Made by a program: the position numbers and the translations under genes
The notes under the pieces: generated by a model
What the model was told of the DNA's origin: nothing
The model's database searches: none
The model's input: only the letters and a program-made list of their open reading frames with translations
Shown here: in pieces, positions 35,963 to 47,507 of the stretch
Numbering within the stretch: the stretch's first letter is position 1
Layout: each line of letters opens with the position of its first letter
Source: Antedon mediterranea
Lineage: Eukaryota; Animalia; Echinodermata
NCBI RefSeq assembly: GCF_964355755.1
Contig: NC_092677.1
Coordinates: 23,485,175 to 23,549,174, forward strand
Direction of reading: 5' to 3'
Length of the DNA: 64,000 bases

Positions 35963-38900
35963 CTGCATAAATAAGAAATTAATAGGGACACTATCAATAT
36001 ATAAAGTTCAAATAAAAACTACAAGCAAATTATCTAAATTTAATACAATCTGAGGCTTTAAGAAATATTTATGTTAAGACTGTAAATCAGGAGGTTTTAA
36101 ATGTCACATGTCACAATAAAAGTATCTTAAAAGAATTAAGATATAGTATAGCATCATTTATTACAGACAAACAAACTGTATACTATAAACGAACAAAAAC
36201 CAAGCAAATGCATTTTCTGAAACCGGAAACTGTGTGATGAATTATGAAATTTCAACATTTTAAACAATTATGTTGGGAGTTATTTGATTACTATGATTGG
36301 TCAATTTAATACCAGGTTAATTAGTCATGTGCAGAAATAACTAGGGACATCTCGAAAAAAAAAAAAAAATTAAAAAAAACAGGCCTTTCACTTCAGTATG
36401 TTTTTCTCCAGAGAGGTATAGAGCAAAATTTAAAATTATTTCTTATCTTTAAATGTAGATGCTGTTAAATTTTATGTCTCATCTGTTTTATAATTTAGCA
36501 AATGTTAAATTATTGAAAAAAGGCAAACTGTATTAAAATGCACAGCCTCAGGGAATAACAACCCTGTGTTGATCTGGGCCTCCGTCGTCGATAAATAAAG
36601 TTGAACTAGTATTAGAACAGCTGTCCTGTCAAATAGATGATATTCATTTGCTTCTAAATATTGATTTCTACTGGCCGTTTAGTATCTTATACTGTATACT
36701 GATGTCTTGTGACACTCTTCAGATAATCAGGTAACTGACAGAAATCATTACACAGACATCCTTATGTTACCGCAGTATACAGTGACATAGAGAGTTAAAT
36801 TGCATATCAGCCAATCAGCAAGATTTTAGGCCAAATATCGATCAGTATACAGTTATTAGTGCTTTCATTTAAATTCATTAGGTTGATTTGTCATGCAGAT
36901 TCTAAAAGATTTTGCCAATAATGTTGTAATATACGTTGTATTATAGAATCAAGATCACCAAATTTCATGTTCATCTCTCTGAGTGTCAATGACACTTAAT
37001 TTCTAATCTTAATATCTCTATCTTAATTATTCTTCTAATCTTCTTTAATATAGAGATAATAAATCTCAAAAGATGAGATTGTGAATATAGTATTATTAAT
37101 GTATTCACATCACAAAAAGTCGTGAAAACTAACATTTGTGGTGATCTTTAAAAGGATACCAAGTTTTTCATAAGCTTGCCATGTTTTATTTTACACTTAG
37201 GAGGATTTGATTAAAAAGACATCCTTAAAATCGAGAAAGTCTCCTATTTAGTAAACTACTTTAGAGAGATCCTTCAAATAATACTGAAATACTTAATATT
37301 GAGGGAAAATATATCAGTGCGGATGACACATACAACACCTTTCATCTCAAAGATTCCCTTCAGGTCAAGTAACCAAACAACGCTCAATCGTCTGTACACA
37401 ATGACAGGGGCTATAGACCAGTTCACACCAGGGTTAGTCCCCTACTCTTACAGAAGATCAGCTACTGAAGTAGCTTTAAAATATACATGAGCCAGATAAT
37501 ACTCTGGACTAACACTCTTATCAAAAAGACTTACCATAAGTTTTACATTTTTGTATATATTTATATTGGCTTATATTTTATAGTTTAGTTATTTTATTTT
37601 CAACCTGTTATTGGTGTTTTACACTGTTGGCTTGAAATAAAGAATAAAGAAAATAAAGAAAGAACTATGGGCAAAGAGCGCCTAAACCTGTGCCGATATT
37701 CTATGGATTGAGGTTCTCTTGCCACTGTGGTTTGTGCAGACCATTTTCAGTATAGATCATTGGTGTTTTTGGCCTGTTTGTATGATTATGTGCTGATGTT
37801 TTAATATGCAAATATACGATTCAGTGACTAAAGTCACAGTCACAATGCTTTATATCATGTTGTATAACGGAATATAGCATAAATAAAATGGTAATTATAT
37901 CACCACATTTGTTTAATAGCAAATATCATGAGCTAGTATTAAGGCCTATGATCTCAGTTACCTCAATTAATACTTGTGTGTGTTGAGAAGCTTCACAGGG
38001 AATTACATTATGAAATTTGGTTCAAATGATTACAACAAAATGTTCTATAACTGCAAGGGACTTTGTCAAAACTATTCTACTGGAGTAACTGCAGTAAAGT
38101 ACATTTTATTTATTATTTAACCCGTTACATTTTAGGTAATCATACACATTATTGCAGTGACTGTCTCATATACATTCCTGAACATTGAACAGTATAAAGA
38201 ATAAATATAGAAATAAAACTAAAATCATATGTTTTTTGTAGTATAAATATTGAAGTTACTGCATTTACTTAAGGTACAATAATGTTTACATGACTCCTAA
38301 TATCTTAGATATGTATTTAGTTTTTCTATAACTACCACAGAAGATTTGTGCCTCAATCGCACCCAGGCCCCTGGAAGGGAAATATTACGTCTGTCAGTAA
38401 GCCAACATGACATTTTTTGGCTTGCTGAATTTTAATACAACATTCAAGAGAAAAACTGAGTGTGAAAAGCATTCATGTGTGGCAACAAGTGAAGCAGAGT
38501 AATTAAAAGCTAGGCTAGGTGAGGTTTACCACAGCCTCTGTTAAGTGCAAAAACCCTTTAGTAAGTGACTCAGTCAGTCATTTTTTTAAAAACTAGATTT
38601 GTTGGTTATGCAGACTATCTTTAAGTTTTCACTGAGCAAGCACGACTCAATAAAACTTGCGCATCTGTTTTCCGAGTCAGAGAAAGTTACTTAGCTGTTC
38701 GCACAAATTACGTTACTATTCAATCAGTAATTTTTTCACAAAAATCTAGAGCGATTACGACTTTAACATACAACAACCATGCAATTCACAAATACTGTAT
38801 AATAATATACCTGTTTAATAGAGAAATTGTTTTGCTAGCGAAAAAAGAAAAGAAGGAAAGTATTAGTCATTTTTCATAGTAACACAGAAAAAAATGATAT

Positions 38901-40411
38901 AATAAACAATGAATGTTTATAAGTTGAATGTGGAAATATATTCTCCACATTCAATACAGTAGCCCTACAAAACATTCAATATTTGTTTATACAACTAAAC
39001 TATTCTATATAAGTCTGATTTGATTTGAATTTATTCGGAAGTACACAAATATACATTACAATTGGTAAATAAGAACAATTAAAACATACGGTAGTCTTCC
39101 ATGGATAACCCAAAAACCCGGTAAATATTCCAGCTTATTTCCATTGGAGTCCATAAGTCAATTTTAATTCATTTAATTCGTCATTTTCATCTTGGATTAA
39201 ATCCTTTGAAGAAAGACAGCGCTTGGATTTTGGTTGCAGAGCAGTAAGTTAAGGTTTTTTTGGTTGCATAAATTATCAAGCTATCATAATGCACAAAACC
39301 ACCATATTTTTTTTAAAAGGTAGATGTGTAAATAGAACTACTGTACATTAGAACTTTACTGGTCAATATAACCCAATAACCAACGCCATGTGATAAGAAT
39401 TGAACCAATTTAATGGTAAAGATACAATAAGCTTTAGATGTGTTATAAACAACATTGAAACAACAATACTGTTTATGATATTCAAAAGTATAGAAAACTA
39501 ACATAACAATAATATACATGTAAAAATGAGTACTTGTTAGTTATAGAAAAAGTAAGGATGTAATCATGAATGGATTAAGCATAAATACAATTATAAAATC
39601 AAATAACTTTTTAAAACAAATAACGTGTGTTTAAATAACAATTCTACATATGGTGTCCTATTAAAATAAAAATTACAGGGATAAATTTACAATACAAATA
39701 TCATGATACAAAACAATTATATTATTGGCTATCGCTACAAATGTACTGTACAGAGTTGGTGAGACACACCTTACCGGTGACAGCGTTTTGTTTAATGCTT
39801 TTGTCTTTCCTCGGCCTCGTGTCTTGTTTTTCATATATATATATATTTCTATGTTTTTTTTTGTAATTATTATTTTATGTTTATTGCCGAAATGAATAAA
39901 ATTAAAATAAATAAAACTGACAGTATCTAGCATAGAGTAGACCTCCTAGCATGATACTTTGAGTAAAGTGCAATTTGTCCCTATTGTTTAGTAGGCAAAC
40001 AAAATGTTGATATACATGTATAAATGTATCACACTAGACCTTGAAGTTTATTAACTTTTTGTGGCAAAAACACACATTTTTTTCAGCCTTACCTAGCCTG
40101 AAAAGTACCAACCATTGATGGTGAGATGCATTCTAAAATGTTGATTATAGTGCCCTGTTTTGTTTGGCAATGAATTCATAAACTTCGGTATTTCACTTTC
40201 GCGCCTTTAGGCAGTTATATTCAAGAGGATGGGAGCATTAGTAAACTTTATCATGAAGAAGCTGTAGTATTACAGGCTGACAGAAATGGGAATTTGGGAA
40301 CTAAGATCCAAAGAATGTCTGGGAAAAAAAAGTCTATGAGATGTATGATGGAAGAATGGCCAGTAAAAATTAGTTGGAAAGTCCAATGCCAAACAGATTA
40401 GGTGGTTCACT

Positions 40412-41442
40412 GGGTGTCACGAAACCTAAGACCACGAAAGCCAAGACCCCCTAAGACCACGAAAGCTAAGACCCAAGACCTAAGATTACAATATTTATCT
40501 TTCGCACCTGCCTTGTATTTTAACTCCCTACATTTATTCTGAATACCACACCTTAGAATTAGCACTTTTATGAAAAAGAATCACATAAAAAGTAACAAAT
40601 ACATTTTGAAATTGATGATTTTACAGATGTTTTTCTCGCACACATACTGTTTGCGAATTTTGCATGACTAGCCTACAGTACAGTAGGCCTACCCAATGTT
40701 CAATGTTTTTGTTTCTATGGAACGTCAAAAAAGCAAAAATTATATAGAGGGCTGAAAACTCTGTGGAGTCCATCTACAGTGTGGATGGAACAATGTAAAA
40801 TTAAAATTGTAATGATAATAGTATAATCATGCTAGTACGAAGAAATAAATACTCGCAAATAAACTTTAATTTAAAAATCATGATAATAAGTTTTTTTTTC
40901 GTTTTTTTTTTCGTTTTCTTTCTGTTTTTATACTTTTTCTATTATTGTTGCTCTTTTGGCGCTCCATAGAAACAAAAACATTGAGCATGGGAGGAGTTAC
41001 AGTATACAAAGAAACATGTCTGTAAAATCATCAATTTAAAGGATTTATTTATTTGTTTTTATGTGTTTCTCCTTCTGAAAGTACTTATAAGTCCTAATTT
41101 TAAAGTGTGGTATTCAGGATAAAGTCAACAAATTTGGAGTCAAAATACAAGAAAGGCAGGTGCGAAAGAAAAACATCCTCTGAACCAACACAATTGGAGT
41201 AATATACATTTACTCAACGGGCGAAAATAATGTGAGTTTATCTATGTTTTGCGGTAGTATTTAATTATATTTATGGTAATAAATGAAACCTACTATGTTT
41301 AAAATTATGTATGGATAAACAAGTATTGTTTTTAAGCTGTAGTATATCTTTGTATTTGTAATCTTAGGTCTTGGGTCTTAGCTTTCGTGATCTTAGGTCT
41401 TAGGGGGTCTTAGCTTTCGTGGTCTTAGGTTTTGTGACACCC
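40412..41442. mobile_element. Mutator/foldback-like non-autonomous element, 1031 bp
   Basis: Perfect 10-bp TSD GTGGTTCACT (40402-40411 and 41443-41452). Ends are GGGTGTCAC...GTGACACCC, and the TIRs are built of CTAAGACC/CACGAAAG modules. Inverted similarity continues inward to ~40730/40954. Confidence 0.9.
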
Positions 41443-41831
41443 GTGGTTCACTATGTCAATGGATAAAGGACAGAGTTCCTACTGTATATTTGGCCCCCGA
41501 CATAAGTGCTGCTTTTTATAGTCCTTAAGGTCCGTTTATACTACAAACAATAACAAATTATGATAAATTGATAAACACGCATTTTTCTTAGAGAAAACAA
41601 GATATTAGAAAGACAAAAAAAATCCAATCAAATGACATCGTGATCAATATAAATCATTGCATGATCACATTATTATTGCTCCTACTGATCATGTCGTCAT
41701 TTGATTGGACTTGTGAAAATAATATTTTCACCAAAGACGGAATATGGTTATCTTACAGTTCTAGAGTTTTTTATTTCTCTTGTTTTCTGTAAGAACTTAT
41801 CATTGATTGTTATCATCCTACTATAATGGGC

Positions 41832-42085
41832 TATTAGTCAAATAGTGTTTTTATTTGTCTATTAGTCAAATAGTGTTTTTATTTGTCTGTTAGTCAAATA
41901 GTGTTTTTATTTGTCTGTTAGTCAAATAGTGTTTTTATTTGTCTGTTAGTCAAATAGTGTTTTTATTTGTCTGTTTAGTCAAATAGTGTTTTTATTTGTC
42001 TATTAGTCAAATAGTGTTTTTATTTGTCTGTTAGTCAAATAGTGTTTTTATTTGTCTGTTAGTCAAATAGTGTTTTTATTTGTCT
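41832..42085. repeat. 28-bp minisatellite, ~9 copies
   Basis: Unit TRTTAGTCAAATAGTGTTTTTATTTGTC. Confidence 0.95.
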
Positions 42086-42540
42086 TTATGCAAACGAGGA
42101 CATCTGTGATTGGAGCTAACAATAACACGAGACTTTTCCCTGCAGGTTCTTTACAATGCCTGATAAGACAATACCTGTTTTTGTTTCACAGTCACAAGTA
42201 TAAAAGATGTTCTATATTTTTGTATAACTTTGAAATCGGTTCAAATTTTATTAAGTGGCATGAAGCAAGTATGCAATAATAATTTGAAGCATACCCTTAA
42301 TATTTTAGTGTACTTTATTTAGGCTAATCTAAAAAAAAAATATACATAAAAAAAAAAGATTGTAAAACCCAAAACTTTTCATTGAAAATCTATGTGATAT
42401 CATAAATGATCAAGTACGCACCACACTGCACAGTTATCAAGAAGCTCATTGCCTGGATTTTTTAAGAGTTCTTTTATCTTCAGAGGGAAAAATGCGAGCA
42501 AAGAAGTGAGCCCGCTTTTACTGCTGGTCTCTGGTTTAAC

Positions 42541-42682
42541 TTATGTATTTAGGCACATGTAGCCAAGGATTACCAATAGTAAATTATTCACTGTCCTACA
42601 TATCAGATAGGTAGTAATCCCACTGACACAGGCGCTATTTTGTTAACCGGTTCACCGGGGTAAGCCCCTACTCATCTCGAAT
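42541..42682 (-). mobile_element. 5'-truncated copy of the Deu/Nin SINE at 59932-60272
   Basis: The reverse complement matches GGGG.TTACCCCGGT.AAC.GGTT.ACAAAATAG...ACCTATCTGATA..GGACAGTGA...CTATTGGTAATCCTTGGC...GCCTAAA.ACATAA. Confidence 0.8.
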
Positions 42683-43469
42683 GATGCATATAGGTAAACT
42701 GTGTACACCGTATCTAAAAAGAATTGTTCCACCACCAGAAATAGGTGGTATTGTTGGCTCTTTAAGTACAATAAACGCCGTCACTGCCTTAAAACTGCTT
42801 AGCCATTTGACACATTTGAAAAGGGTACTTAGGAAAAGGGGGGTTTGTTTGAATCTTACGAACCTCTCCGGCTATGAGGTTAGGTATAGGTTTATCGTTT
42901 CAAGTTAGATGTAAATAAACTTATTTCTGTAGGTATTTTCAATTATTTTAAAAGTGGAACTCCAGTCGAGTGGGCAATGCGCTAAATCTTTAAAAGTGTT
43001 GTGGTACTTGTTTGATCATTTATGGTAAATTGTTGCAATGTGAACAGACTACTGTACTGCTATTATAAGTATGTGCAAAAAATTGTAAATAAAGACATGC
43101 CAAGGCTTTTATATACTGGTAAATGAATACATCTGCAAAATGGCTATACACATATTGGTTACCTTTGGAATACAGAGCAGAGATTTGAAGAGAGTTCCAC
43201 AAGCAAACTGAACAAAGCAGAAAAGAAGTCTTGTATAAGTAGTAGTGCGAGCTACAGATGCAAATTAACTAGATTAAACTAGTAAAAACTTGTTTGTAGC
43301 ATTAGAAAACAACAAAGGCCATGTTTAAGCTGTAGTGGTATAGATGTTGCTGAACTGACCAAATGATAAACTAGTTGAAACCAGTCTAAACTAGCATAAA
43401 ACAACACAAAACAATGATGACTGATGCACTTTGTTAAATCTAGATAGGACCATTAGTGCTAAAGCTTAC

Positions 43470-43533
43470 CTGAGTGATGTCATCCGAATGCGATTCTTTG
43501 TAGGCTCCTAAGATATTTGTTGAACGACAATCC
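43470..43533 (-). CDS. WDR89: WDR89 coding exon
   Basis: tttttgcag|G GAT...CAG|gtaagc, 64 bp, phase 2/0. Reads (W)DCRSTNILGAYKESHSDDITQ (human LGAYSETHSDDVTQ). Confidence 0.97.
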
Positions 43534-43831
43534 CTGCAAAAACAAACATACCAAAACAATTAGAAAAAAACAACATGAAACGAAATATTCAACAATTAAA
43601 ACAAAAACAGGACAGAAAGTGGTGTTTTCATTGAAGGGAAAAAATAACTAAATGTGAATTAGCAGAAAACTGATAGACATAATTCAAGGACTCTGGTTAT
43701 ATCTATCAATATGAATAAAATTCCTATCAAATACATTTTATAACATAACATAGTTTTCATAAAAGATAGCAGGCATGCAAATAACAACTTTCTCTTTGAC
43801 TACTAATTCCTTAAGGGTCATCAGCAAATGG

Positions 43832-43945
43832 CGCTCATTCATCGGGACCAGTAACTCCCTACTCTTCCAAAGACTAGCTGGGTCCTTTTGTGCACGTAAG
43901 CCAGGTGTGTACACTGGACCTTCAGTTTTAGGTCCTTTTCTGTTC
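43832..43945 (-). mobile_element. Deu/Nin-domain SINE fragment (different subfamily)
   Basis: Minus strand AAAAGGACCTAAAACTGAAGGTCCAGTGT...GTGCACAAAAGGACCCAG...GGAAGAGTAGGGAGTTAC parallels 60056-60150. A further fragment lies near 37420-37460. Confidence 0.6.
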
Positions 43946-45041
43946 TATCATCAGAACTATGGTCGAGGAGAGCCTTGAGCCTGCTGATTTTGTGGCTATG
44001 GTTTACAAGGGCACTCCCCCTTAACAGCTCAGCTGTCGACTTGACTTATTTTACTGTACTGTACTACTTGAAAAAAATTTTTCCAGACTTTTAAAACTAC
44101 TGTATACAAAAAGATTAGTGGAAACCACCTACAGTACTATGACATGACTTGGATTGAAAACTCATGGTACAGTACTACATTAGTAAACGACACTAATGAC
44201 ACGAAAGTCATGTATCAATGATCCCTCTCTGTTTAATACCATTTTCAAGCTTGACAACATTCTGTAATTTCCTTTCCAGAATGAAAGAGTTTATTACCAA
44301 ATGTCAACTTATTTCAAATTAAAAGCAATGTCCAAGCCGCCTTCCAAAAAGTCAATCATCCTAAACCATGTATCTAAAAGCTACTATAGTGGTTTATAAT
44401 TATATTTAATTGACTGGTAGAACAATGAATAATATAAAGTTGCCCAAGAAGTAGTAGGACTAAAAAATCATTGACATCAAATGAACCACTGAGAAGTTAC
44501 ATCAATGATCTTACTTGTTGCTACAAAATAAATCCCACAATCCATCCTGTGCCATTAAGCAGTCAGAAGAACTTGTGGCTTTGTCAAGAAAATAAACATG
44601 TTGCAGCCAATGGCGTCATCAAATAGAACCGCTGACAGCTGTTGTCATGCAAGTTATCAACGATTGTCAGAAGCAAAAAGCCCATGTTTCTAATAAACAA
44701 CTTTTTTTCAATAAACAAATTGGAGTTAGATCATCAACTTAAAAACATTAAGTTCATACAATGTTGACACTAAAAATAGTAAGATGCAGCGTTGTCAGAA
44801 GTTAGTATTAACCTATAAGGAGGTTTCGCAACTTTACTAATACGATAATGAAAACAGATACATCAAAAATTTGTTTAGCTTTCATATTTGTTTTGACGAA
44901 TATCATTTTAAGTCTATTTTATTGTTAACTTTTGCATTATAATTATATTAAGAATGACTATACGATTGTACAATAATCATAGATAATTTATAAAAGATAG
45001 TTATAATTATCAAGTTGTATATTAATGTTGTTTTAACTTAC

Positions 45042-45144
45042 CAGAACATTAGGTATGCATCTTCTCCAACTTTTTCTGTTCCTGCACAGATGACAGAGTC
45101 GGTACAATTTACATCAAAACTTGTAAAAACATTCCCTTCATAAC
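45042..45144 (-). CDS. WDR89: WDR89 coding exon
   Basis: tttacttttcag|GT TAT...TG|gtaagt, 103 bp, phase 1/2. Reads GYEGNVFTSFDVNCTDSVICAGTEKVGEDAYLMFW (human GYPSNIFISFDINCNDHIICAGTEKVDDDALLVFW). Confidence 0.97.
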
Positions 45145-45450
45145 CTGAAAAGTAAAAAGAACCAGTTATATTTATTGAATTTATTTTTCAGAGTTTTTAA
45201 GTTGCTATAAATAATTTCTGTAAATATTAGTAGATAAATTTCATCACATCAAAAAGTTATTCTGCCCATGTGCATTGTAGACATGACAGCAAAAGTATTT
45301 TAATATTTGAATGAAAACTGTGGAAGCAGGCTTTCTCTTCTTGTTCGTCATTGATTTGTCATTGGTTTTTCATAAATTAAGGCCAAATTATAATTTTGGG
45401 TAGATTGTATTTTAGTAGTATTTTTCTTAATTTCCTGTTGTCCATAGTTA

Positions 45451-45825
45451 AACCGATTTTCCACTAGGCGAATTTGTTCGCGCGAATCTAACGTTTCGAA
45501 GAGAAAACAATCGCCTACTTTTTTTCCACTACATGAGCGAATAGCTGCGACGTTCATATTCCTCGCATGGTTGCTGAGCATTTCGATTCGCATGAGTGCT
45601 CATGAAAGCGTCATAGTTCATTTCCTGAGCTCTGATTGGTTGCGCAATATTTCGCTTCGCAAAAAGTAGAAACAATTCGAACTACTAAATTTCGGTGAAC
45701 CGAAAAATCAAAGGAACTAGAATTCGTCGAAGAAGGGAGTATGACAGACAGAAACTCGAATATGCATGCGCATAGCATGACGCTTTCGATTCGCGCGAAC
45801 AAATTTGCCTAGTGGAAAATAGGCT
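45451..45825. mobile_element. PIF/Harbinger-like MITE
   Basis: ~38-bp TIRs AACCGATTTTCCACTAGGCGAATTTGTTCGCGCGAATC and revcomp AGCCTATTTTCCACTAGGCAAATTTGTTCGCGCGAATC. TTA on both flanks; CpG-rich. Confidence 0.88.
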
Positions 45826-47507
45826 TTAAACATTAACGTTTCCGTAATCTAGATTTCAATATTTTAGTTTCTAGTATAGTAGTATATGATTTAAGAGACA
45901 AGGAAATTTAACAACAAATATTGACTACAGCTATGAGTCATCTGTATTTACTTCTATTCCATCTATCAATAGCAAAGATGCAAATGGAAAAAATAAGTGC
46001 TGAGATTATTTGGACAAAATGTCTGATTCACTGAAAGTCATAAATTGAATAAAATGTATCCTGTGTGTGTGTTAATCTAAGAGCTGTAGAAACTAATAGT
46101 ATAATTTTAATGCATTATTTATTTAAAAGAAATGCAAGAATAAACCACCCACAACCAAGTATACGTTTTCCAGATTGCATTATTAATAATTACAGTTGAA
46201 GAAGATTAATTAATTATTACTAAAGTTGAAAAATAAGGGCAACTATAAGACCATAACATTACATAATTTGAACGTTATTTCTTCAGTATCTGATAAACAA
46301 CAAATTAATGACAACATGTAGGAGGTAGAAGATTGAGTAGGAAGCAAAAGTTACATTCATGTCTGAAATGAGACAGATACTACGAGTACGAGTCATATAA
46401 AACATTAACTCTGTACTAAATGTTTGCAGAAATCGGTTAATAGAATCTATCTATCTCGAACTTCAGACCTTGCCTGCTGATGCCCATATGCAAAACATGT
46501 AAATCAGATTTAACGAGGAACCTAGAGGGAAATTTGAACCTATCAACATAAATGGCGGATGGTTTGATGTTGGGTTGTCTCCACAACATTAGAAATATGC
46601 CCAATTTATATACTATTTAGATTCGTATAATTTATAACTACTATACCGCACTTATTTGATTAAACGTCCTGGGACGTTACTCCTTGGTAGGGTTTTTAGA
46701 AGCCCAATACAAAATACAACACAACAATTAATATTAGGAAGCGATAAAATACAGTAAAAATTGTATCAAAATGCTTGGTAATTTGTAGATCATGTATTAA
46801 GTCTAAAAAGTGATCCATTCCAACAAGCAACCCACTCTAACGAGTGGTCCATTCTAACAAGCGGTTTATTCTAACAAGCAGTCTGTTCTAACAAGCAGCC
46901 CATTCTAAAATAAAAGGTGGACCATTGTAACTAGTTTAACAAATGGCCTATCTATATTAACAAAATAAAAATACAAACAAGCTTAAACTTTTTTTTTTCT
47001 GCCAAATGCATTTCACATTGTCCAATAGATTTAAATTGAAATAAACTGTTTGTAAAATTTTGTCGATCAATATTGTTGTATGTGTCAGCTTAATCGCTCA
47101 ATTTAACCACTGTGATTTTACTTTTTCTCTACATTTTCGTGGAAATAACTGTTTTGTTTCATTGGTTTGTTAAAAAAATCTGCTGGTTTATAGGACAATA
47201 AACCATGTATTTTTTTTTATGAATATTCCAAGAATTGGAAGTTTAGTTTCTTAAATCGTAGGGCCTGTTTTTGCTGCCAAGAAATAATCCATTAATAATA
47301 GTTAATTGATTAAAACTGAAGAATTTTATATTAACACAGTGGCACATTCCTATGAGCAGCCTACTATAATTATTTGCCAGCAAAAAGAGGACCAATAGAA
47401 CTGTACATAATTGATTAAAAACATGCACGCCAATAACTGATTTCCCCCTTTTCTTGAACACACTGACAATATGACAATTGCTGGCCTACAAATATTCTGT
47501 ATGACAA

